In this document: positions 10,480 through 19,211 of the stretch, piece after piece
Layout: each line of letters opens with the position of its first letter
Position numbering within the stretch: the first letter of the stretch is position 1
Origin: an uncultured Eubacteriales bacterium
GTDB taxonomy: Bacteria; Bacillota; Clostridia; Oscillospirales; JAKOTC01
Assembly: GCA_964587625.1 (NCBI GenBank)
Contig: CAZPLU010000010.1
Span: 2,135 to 66,134 of the forward strand
DNA length: 64,000 bases
Direction: 5' to 3'
The notes under the pieces: generated by a model
What the model saw: the letters and a program-made list of their open reading frames with translations, nothing else
The model's database searches: none
Told to the model about the DNA's origin: nothing
Position numbers and translations under genes: made by a program

Positions 10480-13400
10480 ATTGTTCTTTGGCGCGGTTTC
10501 GGATTCGCTGGTCGCTTCCGGCGAAGTCAGGGGGCTTGAAATTGATAAAAAAGAGAAGTTCATACGGCTGGAAGCCCTCTATTTTGAACCCGTCTCACCC
10601 AAAGCCATCGACCGGACTCAGGAAGAACTCCGTGAATGCTACAAATTGAAGACGGCCCGAATCGTGCCCATCTTTCCCCCAGAATTATTGGATACCGAAT
10701 ACCTGAGCGTATTATGTGAGTCCCTGCGGGATAAAATGGCCATTGTGAACGGGTTTTTGGACGAGGCGAAATACAGTTACGAAAACAACAAACTGACCGT
10801 CGAGCTCAAATACGGCGGCAAAGAACTGCTCGAAAAATCCGATTTTGCAAAGATTGTCACATCTTCCGTACATAGGAGCTTCGGCATCGACATCGAGGTG
10901 GAATTTTCGGGCACGGTGGAAATCGACCGCAATTCCGATGAATATGCCGGCGCGATCAAACCGCCAGAATTGCCGCAGATCGCGCCCCCTCCGGAACACA
11001 CGCCTCCGCCCTCCGTGATTGAATTTAAGACGCAAGCACGCGCGGAAGAACAGACCGTCGAAGAATCCGGTCGAAGAAAGACCGTTCTTTTAGGGAGACG
11101 CATGATCGACCCCGCCGTCAAAATTGCCGAAATCTATCAAAAGCGTTTAAAAGACGATGTCGTCATCGAAGGGGATGTCTTTAAAATCGATAAAAAGCCG
11201 ATCAAAGACGGCGCGACGGTGATCTTTAATTTTTTCATCACCGACGGGAGCTCATCAATCGGTTGCAAATTGTTTTTACGCAATTCCAAACTCGAGCTCG
11301 AAGAGATGATTCAGGAGGGGATGACCCTCAAAGTCGGCGGCAATGTGGAATTTGACGATTACGCCCAGCAGGAAGTGCTTATCCCGACCAATATCTGTCT
11401 GACCGAAAAGAAAAAGGTCATGGACAACGCCGAAAAGAAGCGGGTCGAGCTGCACTTACATACCTCGATGTCCGCGCTCGACGCCATCACGCCCGCGCAG
11501 ACGATGATCAGACAGGCCTACGAATGGGGGCATCGCGCCGTTGCCATCACCGATCACGGCGTTGTGCAGGCCTTTCCGGAGGCGATGAATACATATGAAG
11601 ACATCAAAAAGGCCGACCCGGAGGCCGATTTCAAGATAATTTACGGCATGGAGGCCTATGTTGTCAACGACAAAAGCGGCGTTGTGACCGGAAAAACCGA
11701 AGCCGCTTTCGACGACGAGTACGTCGTGTTCGACATCGAGACGACCGGACTTTCCTCCCAAAACGACCGCATCACCGAGATCGGCGCCGTCAAGATCAAA
11801 AAAGGCGTCGTTTTGGAAGAATTCAATACTTTTGTCAACCCTCAAATGCCGATTCCGCCCAAAATCGTCGAAATCACCGGCATCAACGATATGATGGTCG
11901 CCGACGCGCCCTTGGAGGCCGAAGCGCTTGAAAAATTTTTGAGTTTTACGGGCGACTGCCCTCTGGTCGCGCACAATTCCGAATTCGATACGGGTTTTAT
12001 TTCGGAAGCGGTAAAACGCGCCGGGCGAAAATTCGAAAACGCGCACATTGACACGATGAAAATGGCGCGCCTCGTGTTTCCGGAATTGCAAAATCACCGG
12101 CTCGAAACGGTGGTTTCACATCTCGGATTGGACAATTTCAACCATCATCGCGCCTCCGACGACGCACGCGTCACGGCGAAAATCTTTTCAAAGATGCTCG
12201 ACCGATTTCTTCAAAACGGTTGCAAATCCCTTTCCGATATGGAGGGTGCGTTGGTGGGCGGCTCCCTGAATAAACTCCGCGCCTTCCACTGCATCCTACT
12301 GGTAAAAAACCAAGTCGGACTGCGCAATCTTTACAAATTGGTCTCGCTGTCTAATTTAAACTATTTCCACTACACCCCGAGAATCCCCAAAAGTGTTTTA
12401 ACCGAACACGGGGAGGGGTTGATCATCGGAAGCGCCTGCGAAGCCGGAGAACTCTACCGCGCCGTCGCCGAGGGAAAAGAGAATTCAATCTTATATTCCA
12501 TCGCCTCGTTTTATGATTACCTTGAAATCCAGCCGCTGGGCAACAACGAATTTTTAATTCGAAGCGAAGATGAGAATGACAGACACATCCGATCAAAACA
12601 GCAGCTGATCGAGTTCAATAAAAAGATCGTCTATATCGGAAAAAAGCTCAACAAGCCGGTCGTCGCCGCCTGCGACGTGCATTTCATCAAGCCCGAGGAC
12701 TGCATCTTCCGCGAGATCATCATGACCGGAAAGAAAATGAAGGACGCCGAGTATCAGGCGCCGCTGTATTTCCGCACCACCAACGAGATGCTCTCGGAAT
12801 TCTCATATTTATCCGATCAAGAGGCCCGCGAGGTCGTGATCGAAAACCCCAATAAAATCGCCGATAAAATCGAGGTCGTGCGCCCGATTCCGAAGGGCAC
12901 TTATACACCCAAAATGGAGGGCGCCGAACAACAACTCACCGACATCGTCTACCAAAACGCCAAAGCGCAGTACGGAGACCCGCTGCCCAAGGTGGTCGCG
13001 CAACGGCTTGAGCGCGAGCTCGCGCCCGTCATCAAGCACGGGTTCGCGGTCTTGTATATGATCGCGCAAAAACTTGTCGCCTATTCCAACGAAAACGGCT
13101 ATATGGTCGGCTCGCGCGGCTCGGTCGGCTCGACCTTTTTGGCCGCGATGACCGGCATCTCCGAGGTCAACCCGCTGCCCGCGCATTATTATTGCAAACA
13201 GTGCAAACACAGCGAATTCATCGACGACGAGGAAGCCGTCGGCTTCGACCTGCCGCCCAAGAACTGCCCGAACTGCAAAACGCCGCTCGAGCGGGACGGC
13301 GTCAACATCCCGTTCGAGACCTTTTTGGGCTTCGCGGGCGATAAAACCCCCGATATCGACTTGAATTTTTCAGGCGAGTTCCAAAGCGAGGCACACAGAT

Positions 13401-14776
13401 ATACCGAGACGCTGTTCGGGTCGGAAAACGTCTTCAAAGCCGGCACGATTTCGACCATAGCCGAAAAAACGGCCTACGGCTACGTCTTGAAATACTGCGA
13501 GGAAAAAGGCGTCACCTTGCCGAAAGCCGAGATGGAGCGCCTCGCCGCCGGCTGCACCGGCGTCAAGCGCACGACCGGACAGCATCCGGGCGGCATGGTC
13601 GTCATCCCGCAGGGCCTCAGCGTCTATCAGTTCACCCCGGTGCAGCACCCCGCCGAAAAAAAGGACAGCGACATCGTCACGACCCACTTCGATTTCCACT
13701 CGCTGCACGACACGATTTTGAAACTGGACGAGCTCGGGCACGATATCCCGACCATGTTCAAATACTTGCAACAACTGACCGGCGTTGATTTTAAGGATGT
13801 CCCGATGTCCGACGAAAAAGTCATGAAATTGTTCGTCTCGACCGAGCCGCTCGGCGTCACGCCCGCGCAGATCAACAATCCGATCGGTACGTTCGCGATT
13901 CCCGAAATGGGCACGCCGTTCGTGCGCCAGATGCTGATCGAGACGCAACCGAAAAATTTTGCCGATCTATTGCAAATTTCCGGACTCTCGCACGGCACCG
14001 ACGTCTGGTTCGGAAACGCGCAGGAACTGATCAAAAACAAGACCTGCACCATCTCCGAGGTCATCGGTACGCGCGACAACATCATGCTTTACCTGATCAA
14101 AAAGGGTCTTGAACCCAAAAAGGCCTTCAAGATCACCGAGATCGTCCGGAAAGGTAAGGCGAAAAAGGAACTCACTTCTGATTTGGTCAACGAGATGACG
14201 GCGCACGACGTGCCCGATTGGTATATCGACTCCTGTTATAAAATCAAGTTCATGTTCCCGAAAGCGCACGCCGCCGCCTATGTCATCTCCGCGATCAAAC
14301 TCGGATGGTTCAAGGTCTATAAACCGCTGGAGTTTTATTCGGTCTATTTTACGGTCCGCAGCACCGACGTCGATTATGACTGCGCCGTCAACGGGCTTGA
14401 ATATACCAAAAAGCGCATGGTAGAGATCGAAAACAAAGGCAAAGCGGCGACCCAGAAGGAGCAGGACAGCTTTGACATCATGCAAATCATGGTCGAGATG
14501 TTCGCGCGCGGCTTTGAGTTTTTACCCGCAAATCTCAATCATTCCGACGCCCGAAAATTTTTGATCGAAGACGGAAAAATCCGCCTGCCGTTTTCGGCGA
14601 TTTCCGGCGTGGGCGAAAACGCCGCGCCGAATATCGCCGCCGCCCGCGATCAGAAGTATGCCACCATCGAGGAATTCGCGGCGGAGAGCGGCGTAACATC
14701 CGCGGTCATCAATTCCATGCGTGAATACGGCGTGTTCGGCGACCTGCCCGAGAGCAACCAGCTGACGCTGTATTAA
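10460..14776 (+). CDS. polC: DNA polymerase III PolC-type
   Basis: 1438 aa. It has a PHP region (ELHLHTSMSALD), an inserted DEDDh exonuclease (VVFDIETTGLS, HRASDDA) and a polymerase core (HPGGMVV). The start overlaps the ispG 3' end by 20 nt. Confidence 0.97.
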   Translation: MAATLNELFFGAVSDSLVASGEVRGLEIDKKEKFIRLEALYFEPVSPKAIDRTQEELRECYKLKTARIVPIFPPELLDTEYLSVLCESLRDKMAIVNGFLDEAKYSYENNKLTVELKYGGKELLEKSDFAKIVTSSVHRSFGIDIEVEFSGTVEIDRNSDEYAGAIKPPELPQIAPPPEHTPPPSVIEFKTQARAEEQTVEESGRRKTVLLGRRMIDPAVKIAEIYQKRLKDDVVIEGDVFKIDKKPIKDGATVIFNFFITDGSSSIGCKLFLRNSKLELEEMIQEGMTLKVGGNVEFDDYAQQEVLIPTNICLTEKKKVMDNAEKKRVELHLHTSMSALDAITPAQTMIRQAYEWGHRAVAITDHGVVQAFPEAMNTYEDIKKADPEADFKIIYGMEAYVVNDKSGVVTGKTEAAFDDEYVVFDIETTGLSSQNDRITEIGAVKIKKGVVLEEFNTFVNPQMPIPPKIVEITGINDMMVADAPLEAEALEKFLSFTGDCPLVAHNSEFDTGFISEAVKRAGRKFENAHIDTMKMARLVFPELQNHRLETVVSHLGLDNFNHHRASDDARVTAKIFSKMLDRFLQNGCKSLSDMEGALVGGSLNKLRAFHCILLVKNQVGLRNLYKLVSLSNLNYFHYTPRIPKSVLTEHGEGLIIGSACEAGELYRAVAEGKENSILYSIASFYDYLEIQPLGNNEFLIRSEDENDRHIRSKQQLIEFNKKIVYIGKKLNKPVVAACDVHFIKPEDCIFREIIMTGKKMKDAEYQAPLYFRTTNEMLSEFSYLSDQEAREVVIENPNKIADKIEVVRPIPKGTYTPKMEGAEQQLTDIVYQNAKAQYGDPLPKVVAQRLERELAPVIKHGFAVLYMIAQKLVAYSNENGYMVGSRGSVGSTFLAAMTGISEVNPLPAHYYCKQCKHSEFIDDEEAVGFDLPPKNCPNCKTPLERDGVNIPFETFLGFAGDKTPDIDLNFSGEFQSEAHRYTETLFGSENVFKAGTISTIAEKTAYGYVLKYCEEKGVTLPKAEMERLAAGCTGVKRTTGQHPGGMVVIPQGLSVYQFTPVQHPAEKKDSDIVTTHFDFHSLHDTILKLDELGHDIPTMFKYLQQLTGVDFKDVPMSDEKVMKLFVSTEPLGVTPAQINNPIGTFAIPEMGTPFVRQMLIETQPKNFADLLQISGLSHGTDVWFGNAQELIKNKTCTISEVIGTRDNIMLYLIKKGLEPKKAFKITEIVRKGKAKKELTSDLVNEMTAHDVPDWYIDSCYKIKFMFPKAHAAAYVISAIKLGWFKVYKPLEFYSVYFTVRSTDVDYDCAVNGLEYTKKRMVEIENKGKAATQKEQDSFDIMQIMVEMFARGFEFLPANLNHSDARKFLIEDGKIRLPFSAISGVGENAAPNIAAARDQKYATIEEFAAESGVTSAVINSMREYGVFGDLPESNQLTLY

Positions 14777-14864
14777 CCTGCGAACGGACACCGTTTTCCC
14801 CTTCATTTCAAAGAAGAGAAGCGTGAAAGAGTTGACGCGGGGGGCATCATATTTAAAATTACAC

Positions 14865-14898
14865 AAAAGCGGCGGGGACGAAAGCCCCCGCCGCTTTT
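14865..14898. terminator. Bidirectional intrinsic terminator between polC and the convergent small gene
   Basis: AAAAGCGGCGGGG / CCCCGCCGCTTTT form a perfect 13-bp stem with an 8-nt loop and A/T runs on both sides. Confidence 0.85.
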
Positions 14899-14915
14899 AA
14901 TGGATTTTTGATATT

Positions 14916-15425
14916 CTATTGTTTTAACGCTGGATCTTCATTTTGCCTCAGGTCTGTGTACAACAACGTGTAGAAACTCAATAACTGCTGATTGGTGGTC
15001 TCGCGGCACCGGACGACGTCTCCGATCGCCCGCGCTTTTGCCTGTCCTGCCAGATCGCCGGGGCTACCGGCTTCGCCGCTGTCGCCGTCCGGTATTTTAC
15101 CGAGCTGATCGATGGCATGGTTCAGGTATTCGGTCTGTACGGAAATCTTTTCGATCTGTTCCAGCACATAATCCATCGTCATCTTCGGAGCCGTCCCGGG
15201 TTGAGTTTCGGTGGTCGCGGTTTTTTCGGGAATCGCGGTTTTCATATCGGGTATTTTGATATTGTCGGTCATATGTTTATCCTCCAAATTTTTTAACTTT
15301 GGCGGACACGCAAGGCAAATCGTATGTTGCGAAATGAAGCGTGCCCTGCCGTTTTTTACGAGCCCTTTCGCCCGTTTGGGATAGGTCGCCTCATATGGAT
15401 TGCCAAGCTCATCGACCACAAACAC
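14916..15425 (-). CDS. Hypothetical protein with an RRXRR/PLMP-like N-terminal segment (alternative shorter CDS 14916-15272)
   Basis: 169-codon ORF from the GTG at 15425, which has no SD. Its N-terminus is VFVVDELGNPYEATYPKRAKGLVKNGRARFISQHTICLA. An in-frame ATG at 15272 follows a strong GGAGGA SD (MTDNIKIPDMK). I do not recognise the C-terminal helical region. Confidence 0.6.
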   Translation of the reverse strand: MFVVDELGNPYEATYPKRAKGLVKNGRARFISQHTICLACPPKLKNLEDKHMTDNIKIPDMKTAIPEKTATTETQPGTAPKMTMDYVLEQIEKISVQTEYLNHAIDQLGKIPDGDSGEAGSPGDLAGQAKARAIGDVVRCRETTNQQLLSFYTLLYTDLRQNEDPALKQ

Positions 15426-15597
15426 GTTTTTTTCGATGGGTGTCGCCCCCTTTGCGGTATCTGAGTTGTCATGTTACACGGCATTCCGTTTTTAGTGATG
15501 GGTGCCATCCCCGCCGCCGCAATCAGAGTTTACCATAAGAAGGTAATAAAGTCAACACCGATTACGGATCAAGTCAATGCCGGTTTCTCGGAAAACA

Positions 15598-15626
15598 TTG
15601 ACAAATATAAAATAATGTTATATACT
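15598..15626 (+). promoter_or_regulatory. Sigma-A promoter for the zinc-ribbon repeat protein
   Basis: TTGACA (15598-15603), a 17-nt spacer, then TATACT (15621-15626), 34 nt upstream of the ATG at 15660. Confidence 0.6.
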
Positions 15627-15659
15627 GTTCTCGCCAATTGAAAATTCGGAGGGAACGAG

Positions 15660-17396
15660 ATGTATTGTTCGAAATGCGGTACCGAGTTGCCAGAAAACAC
15701 ACCGTTTTGTCATACCTGCGGTGAGACGATCCAACCCCAAAAAGGCGCGAAGCCCGAACGACAAACGGAGCTGCAGCCGTCTGTTCAACAGGTGGTTTCG
15801 GTGGTCACAAGGCGCAAGGTGAAATCGCCCGGTCTCATAATCGCCGCCGCGACGGTCGTGATTGCGGCGGCGGTGATCGTAATCGTATTAGCCGGCGGCT
15901 CTCCGGAATATAAAGAAGCGGCCGCGCTGATGAAAGCCGAGCAATACGAAGAAGCGGTCGCCGCCTTTTCGGCGCTCGATCCCGATTATAAGGACGTGCG
16001 GAAAAAGATCGATGAATGTAACGACAACATCGGTTATCGGGCGGCCTCAGAGCTGATGAAGTCGCAGCAATACAGCGCGGCCGCGGAGGCGTTCCTCACC
16101 CTCGGCGATTACGAGGACAGCGCCGCTCAGGCGCAGTTTTGTACCCGGAGCGCGACCTATGAACAAGCGCTTGCGGCGATGGAAGCCGGCGAGTACGAGA
16201 CCGCGAAAACCGCATTTCAAGGTCTCGGCGATTTCAAGGACAGCGTCACAATGCTGGCGGAATGCGAAAAGGGAATCAAGTATAATCAAGCGGTCGCTCT
16301 TATGCAAAACGGCGATTATGACGGCGCGAAGGCCATTTTACAAACCCTCGGCGATTACAAAGACGCCAAGGAACTGATTGAACTGGGCGGGCTTGAACAG
16401 CGATATGAACAGGCGAAAAATCTGATGGAAAGCGGCGATTTTGAAAAAGCGCTGACCATACTCCTCACGCTCGGCGATTATGAGGACAGTGCGTCAAAAG
16501 CCGAAAAGTGCAAAAATACCATCGGTTATAACGCCGCGATGAAGCGCTATGAAGCGGGCGATTTCGGAACCGCGAAAACCGCTTTCGAAGCGCTCGGCAG
16601 TTTTTCAGATGCAAAGACGATGGCACAGACCTGCCAAAACAACGCCGATTATCAAACAGCGTCCGATTTGATGGCGGCCGGAGACAACGAAGGCGCGGCA
16701 AAGATATTTGTTTCGCTCGGCAGTTTCAAGGACTCTGTCAACCTCGCCAAAGAATGCAAGTGTTCCAAGGATTACGAACAGGCGAAGGTGTTGATGGAGC
16801 AGGGCGATTACGAGGGCGCCGCCGAATTGCTGAATTATGCGTCGTCGGTGAATTATAAAGACGCAAAGGACTTGCTGTTTGAATGCAACAGCAGAGACAC
16901 TTATTTTCAAGCGGTTGACGCCTATAACGCGAAAAAATATTTTACCGCCTATAAATTGTTCAGAACCATCATCGGTTATAAGGACGCCGCACATTATGAG
17001 GCCGCGTGTGTCCAATCCAGACCGACCACTGGGGTGCTTTTTCAAAACAGCTCCTATTACCAATCGCAAAACAAGCTCACCATCGTAAACAACAACAACC
17101 GTTATGTTTTTATTAAAATTTATTCCGGCGCTACTGTGGTCTCGACCATCTTCTTTAACGGCAAAGGAACGGTCTCGATCACCTTGCCCAACGGATCGTA
17201 TAAATTCAAGGAGGCGTCCGGAACCACTTGGTTCGGCACAGAGGAACTGTTCGGCGACGGGGGCACTTATGCGGTTCTCACCTTCAACGGCGGCGCCGAT
17301 ACATATACTTTTAAAAACAGCGAATATACGCTGACGCTCGGAAACGTCTCGAACGGCAATGTCGGAAGCAACACCCAAAATTGGAATGATTTTTAA
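15660..17396 (+). CDS. Zinc-ribbon / single-pass membrane protein with nine ~41-aa TPR-like repeats and a C-terminal beta-rich domain
   Basis: 578 aa. It has CxxC-N10-CxxC at residues 3-20, a hydrophobic helix around residues 58-78, repeats of the form Y..A..LM..GDY..A...F..LGD[YF]KDS......C, and then about 125 aa of Asn/Thr/Gly-rich sequence. Confidence 0.8.
   Translation: MYCSKCGTELPENTPFCHTCGETIQPQKGAKPERQTELQPSVQQVVSVVTRRKVKSPGLIIAAATVVIAAAVIVIVLAGGSPEYKEAAALMKAEQYEEAVAAFSALDPDYKDVRKKIDECNDNIGYRAASELMKSQQYSAAAEAFLTLGDYEDSAAQAQFCTRSATYEQALAAMEAGEYETAKTAFQGLGDFKDSVTMLAECEKGIKYNQAVALMQNGDYDGAKAILQTLGDYKDAKELIELGGLEQRYEQAKNLMESGDFEKALTILLTLGDYEDSASKAEKCKNTIGYNAAMKRYEAGDFGTAKTAFEALGSFSDAKTMAQTCQNNADYQTASDLMAAGDNEGAAKIFVSLGSFKDSVNLAKECKCSKDYEQAKVLMEQGDYEGAAELLNYASSVNYKDAKDLLFECNSRDTYFQAVDAYNAKKYFTAYKLFRTIIGYKDAAHYEAACVQSRPTTGVLFQNSSYYQSQNKLTIVNNNNRYVFIKIYSGATVVSTIFFNGKGTVSITLPNGSYKFKEASGTTWFGTEELFGDGGTYAVLTFNGGADTYTFKNSEYTLTLGNVSNGNVGSNTQNWNDF
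15906..17013 (+). repeat. Coding tandem repeat, nine units of about 123 nt (41 aa)
   Basis: The anchor Tyr residues fall at protein positions 86, 126, 167, 208, 249, 290, 331, 372 and 415, giving a period of 40-43 aa. Confidence 0.8.
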
Positions 17397-17467
17397 AACT
17401 CAAGCGCAGTTTCCCGGAATTGATTAAATCGATTTCGGCGCCGGAACAACTCAACCGCAATAACATC

Positions 17468-17490
17468 GGCGGCCGGAATTCCCGGCCGCC
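17468..17490. terminator. GC hairpin between convergent genes
   Basis: GGCGGCCGG-AATTC-CCGGCCGCC forms a 9-bp stem. The U-tracts are weak on both strands. Confidence 0.45.
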
Positions 17491-17501
17491 GTATGCTTCA
17501 A

Positions 17502-18587
17502 CTATAAATTCTCAATTCCGATGCGTTTCAATTCCTCGAGGCGTTTCGGCAGATCCGCCTGCAAGACATCGTAGCCGGTGCTGTAAATCATGTCTCCGGA
17601 CACCAGTTTAATCAGCCGGCCGAGTTTTTCGGGTTCACACCAGATATAGATTTTTTTCCCCGCGTCGGTGATGCGCCGATAGACCCCGGACCAATCCTTG
17701 TCCAGGTTCGGACCGTCGCCCGGAACCCACTGCACGCCGACAAACGCATCGATGTCCAAAACGGATTCTAAATGGTTCAATTGACCGATGCCGTCGAGGT
17801 GATAAAACGGGCGGTGCAGGCGTTCGGCGGAGGTCTTCAGCTCCGGCCCGACAAAAGTCCGAAACATCTCGTTACTGATCATATAGCAAAAATCCGATTG
17901 CAGGATATAGGTCGGCTTGGGGTCATAGACGCCGCACCACGACGAATAGCCCTTGGTCTCACCCTTGATGATATCCGTGATCTCATCGAAAAACCGAAAC
18001 CACATGGTCTGAATCTCCCGGACACAGCGCAGCACCTCGTCCGGATCGTCATAGAGGTCGAGCAAAAGCCCCTCGGGCGTGCGGAACGAGGAGAGAATAT
18101 CGAGAACCCCGCCGAGGTCGGTCATGGCCATCACGACATTTCCGCGCCACTTCTCCATGCCCTCGATATAGATGTCCTTGACTCTGCGCAGCCAGATGTT
18201 GTCGGGGTCATATTCAAAATGCAGTTCCTTGATCGGCAGTTCTTTTACCGGCGTAAACCAAGTGGTCTCCTTGCGCGCATGCAATTCGCAGCCCATAAAC
18301 GCCGCCGCAACGCCCGCGCCGAACGCGTGCATGCCCACATACGGATATCCCTCACCCATAAATTCAATCAAAGAGAGCTCATAATCCAGTCGGTCGATCA
18401 ATTGCTTCGGCGTCACGGAGAGGTCGCCGGCGGACATAAAATTCAAATGGGGAAAAGGCGACTCCCCGCGGTCCGAGATCCCTTTTTGAACCCGGATCGG
18501 CATAATCGGTCTTCCGAGCTTGTTTTGATGCCACAATTCATAGTATGCGCGCAGTTTCTCCCAGTTAAAATCGTCAAATCTCGGCAT
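17502..18587 (-). CDS. Uroporphyrinogen-decarboxylase (URO-D) superfamily-like protein
   Basis: ORF 17502-18602, with the start set to the ATG at 18587, 7 nt after GGAGGA (MPRFDDFNWEK). The C-terminal YHLDGIGQLNHLESVLDIDAFVGVQW resembles the URO-D/MtaA barrel end. The family call is tentative. Confidence 0.5.
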   Translation of the reverse strand: MPRFDDFNWEKLRAYYELWHQNKLGRPIMPIRVQKGISDRGESPFPHLNFMSAGDLSVTPKQLIDRLDYELSLIEFMGEGYPYVGMHAFGAGVAAAFMGCELHARKETTWFTPVKELPIKELHFEYDPDNIWLRRVKDIYIEGMEKWRGNVVMAMTDLGGVLDILSSFRTPEGLLLDLYDDPDEVLRCVREIQTMWFRFFDEITDIIKGETKGYSSWCGVYDPKPTYILQSDFCYMISNEMFRTFVGPELKTSAERLHRPFYHLDGIGQLNHLESVLDIDAFVGVQWVPGDGPNLDKDWSGVYRRITDAGKKIYIWCEPEKLGRLIKLVSGDMIYSTGYDVLQADLPKRLEELKRIGIENL

Positions 18588-19116
18588 GTTCGGTTCCTCC
18601 AATCGGTTTATGCAAAATCATTTTCAGCGTTTTATAATCGGGTATGTATCGTTCAATCAGCGCGTAAAAGCGTTTTGAGTGGTCTTTGTATTTGATGTGC
18701 GCCAGTTCATGCACCACGACATAGTCGATGACTTCGTCCGGATATGCCATCAGCCGCCATGAAAAGCAGATCGAGTTCTTGCCGCTGCAACTGCCGAACC
18801 GGGACTTGGCCGAAGTGATCTTTACGGCAGTCGGACAGAGGTTCATCAGCTGTGAAAAGTATTTTAGCTTTACGGGTATCACTTCGGCGGCTTTCCGGCG
18901 CAGCGCGGTCTCCCGGGCGGCCATTGCAACATCATCCCGATTCTGCAGTGTCCTTTTTTCAAGCTGCTTGGCAATCCACGCGGAATTTTTTTCGACAAAG
19001 GCGTTGATTTTCGATTCGGGCATAAAAAAGGGCGCTCTCACAACCGGAACGCAGTCGTCCGCAATTTTCATTGACACGGTTTTTCGATCCGCCCGGATCA
19101 ATCGGTAAGACACCAT
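18574..19116 (-). CDS. YgjP-like (DUF45, M48/SprT-type) zinc metallohydrolase
   Basis: ORF 18574-19176, with the start trimmed to the ATG at 19116 (MVSYRLIRADRKTVSMKI). It has the HELAH zinc motif (VVHELAHIKYKDHS). Its 3' end overlaps the downstream start by 14 nt. Confidence 0.75.
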   Translation of the reverse strand: MVSYRLIRADRKTVSMKIADDCVPVVRAPFFMPESKINAFVEKNSAWIAKQLEKRTLQNRDDVAMAARETALRRKAAEVIPVKLKYFSQLMNLCPTAVKITSAKSRFGSCSGKNSICFSWRLMAYPDEVIDYVVVHELAHIKYKDHSKRFYALIERYIPDYKTLKMILHKPIGGTEHAEI

Positions 19117-19152
19117 AAAACGCTCCGAAAAAGAAATATCACGACAAAGTAT

Positions 19153-19185
19153 AACACAAAAAAAGAACGCCCGCAATACACGGGC
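19153..19185 (-). terminator. Intrinsic terminator after spoIVA
   Basis: The minus strand reads CGCCCG-TGTATTG-CGGGCG followed by TTCTTTTTTT, 27 nt downstream of the spoIVA stop. Confidence 0.7.
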
Positions 19186-19211
19186 GTGTGGTTTGTAAAA
19201 AGAATCTCGGC

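Noticed and set aside
17772-18695. A 307-aa plus-strand ORF antisense to the URO-D-like gene.
   Set aside because: It has no SD or motifs and an Arg/His-rich composition. The opposite strand has a strong SD-ATG and a coherent protein.
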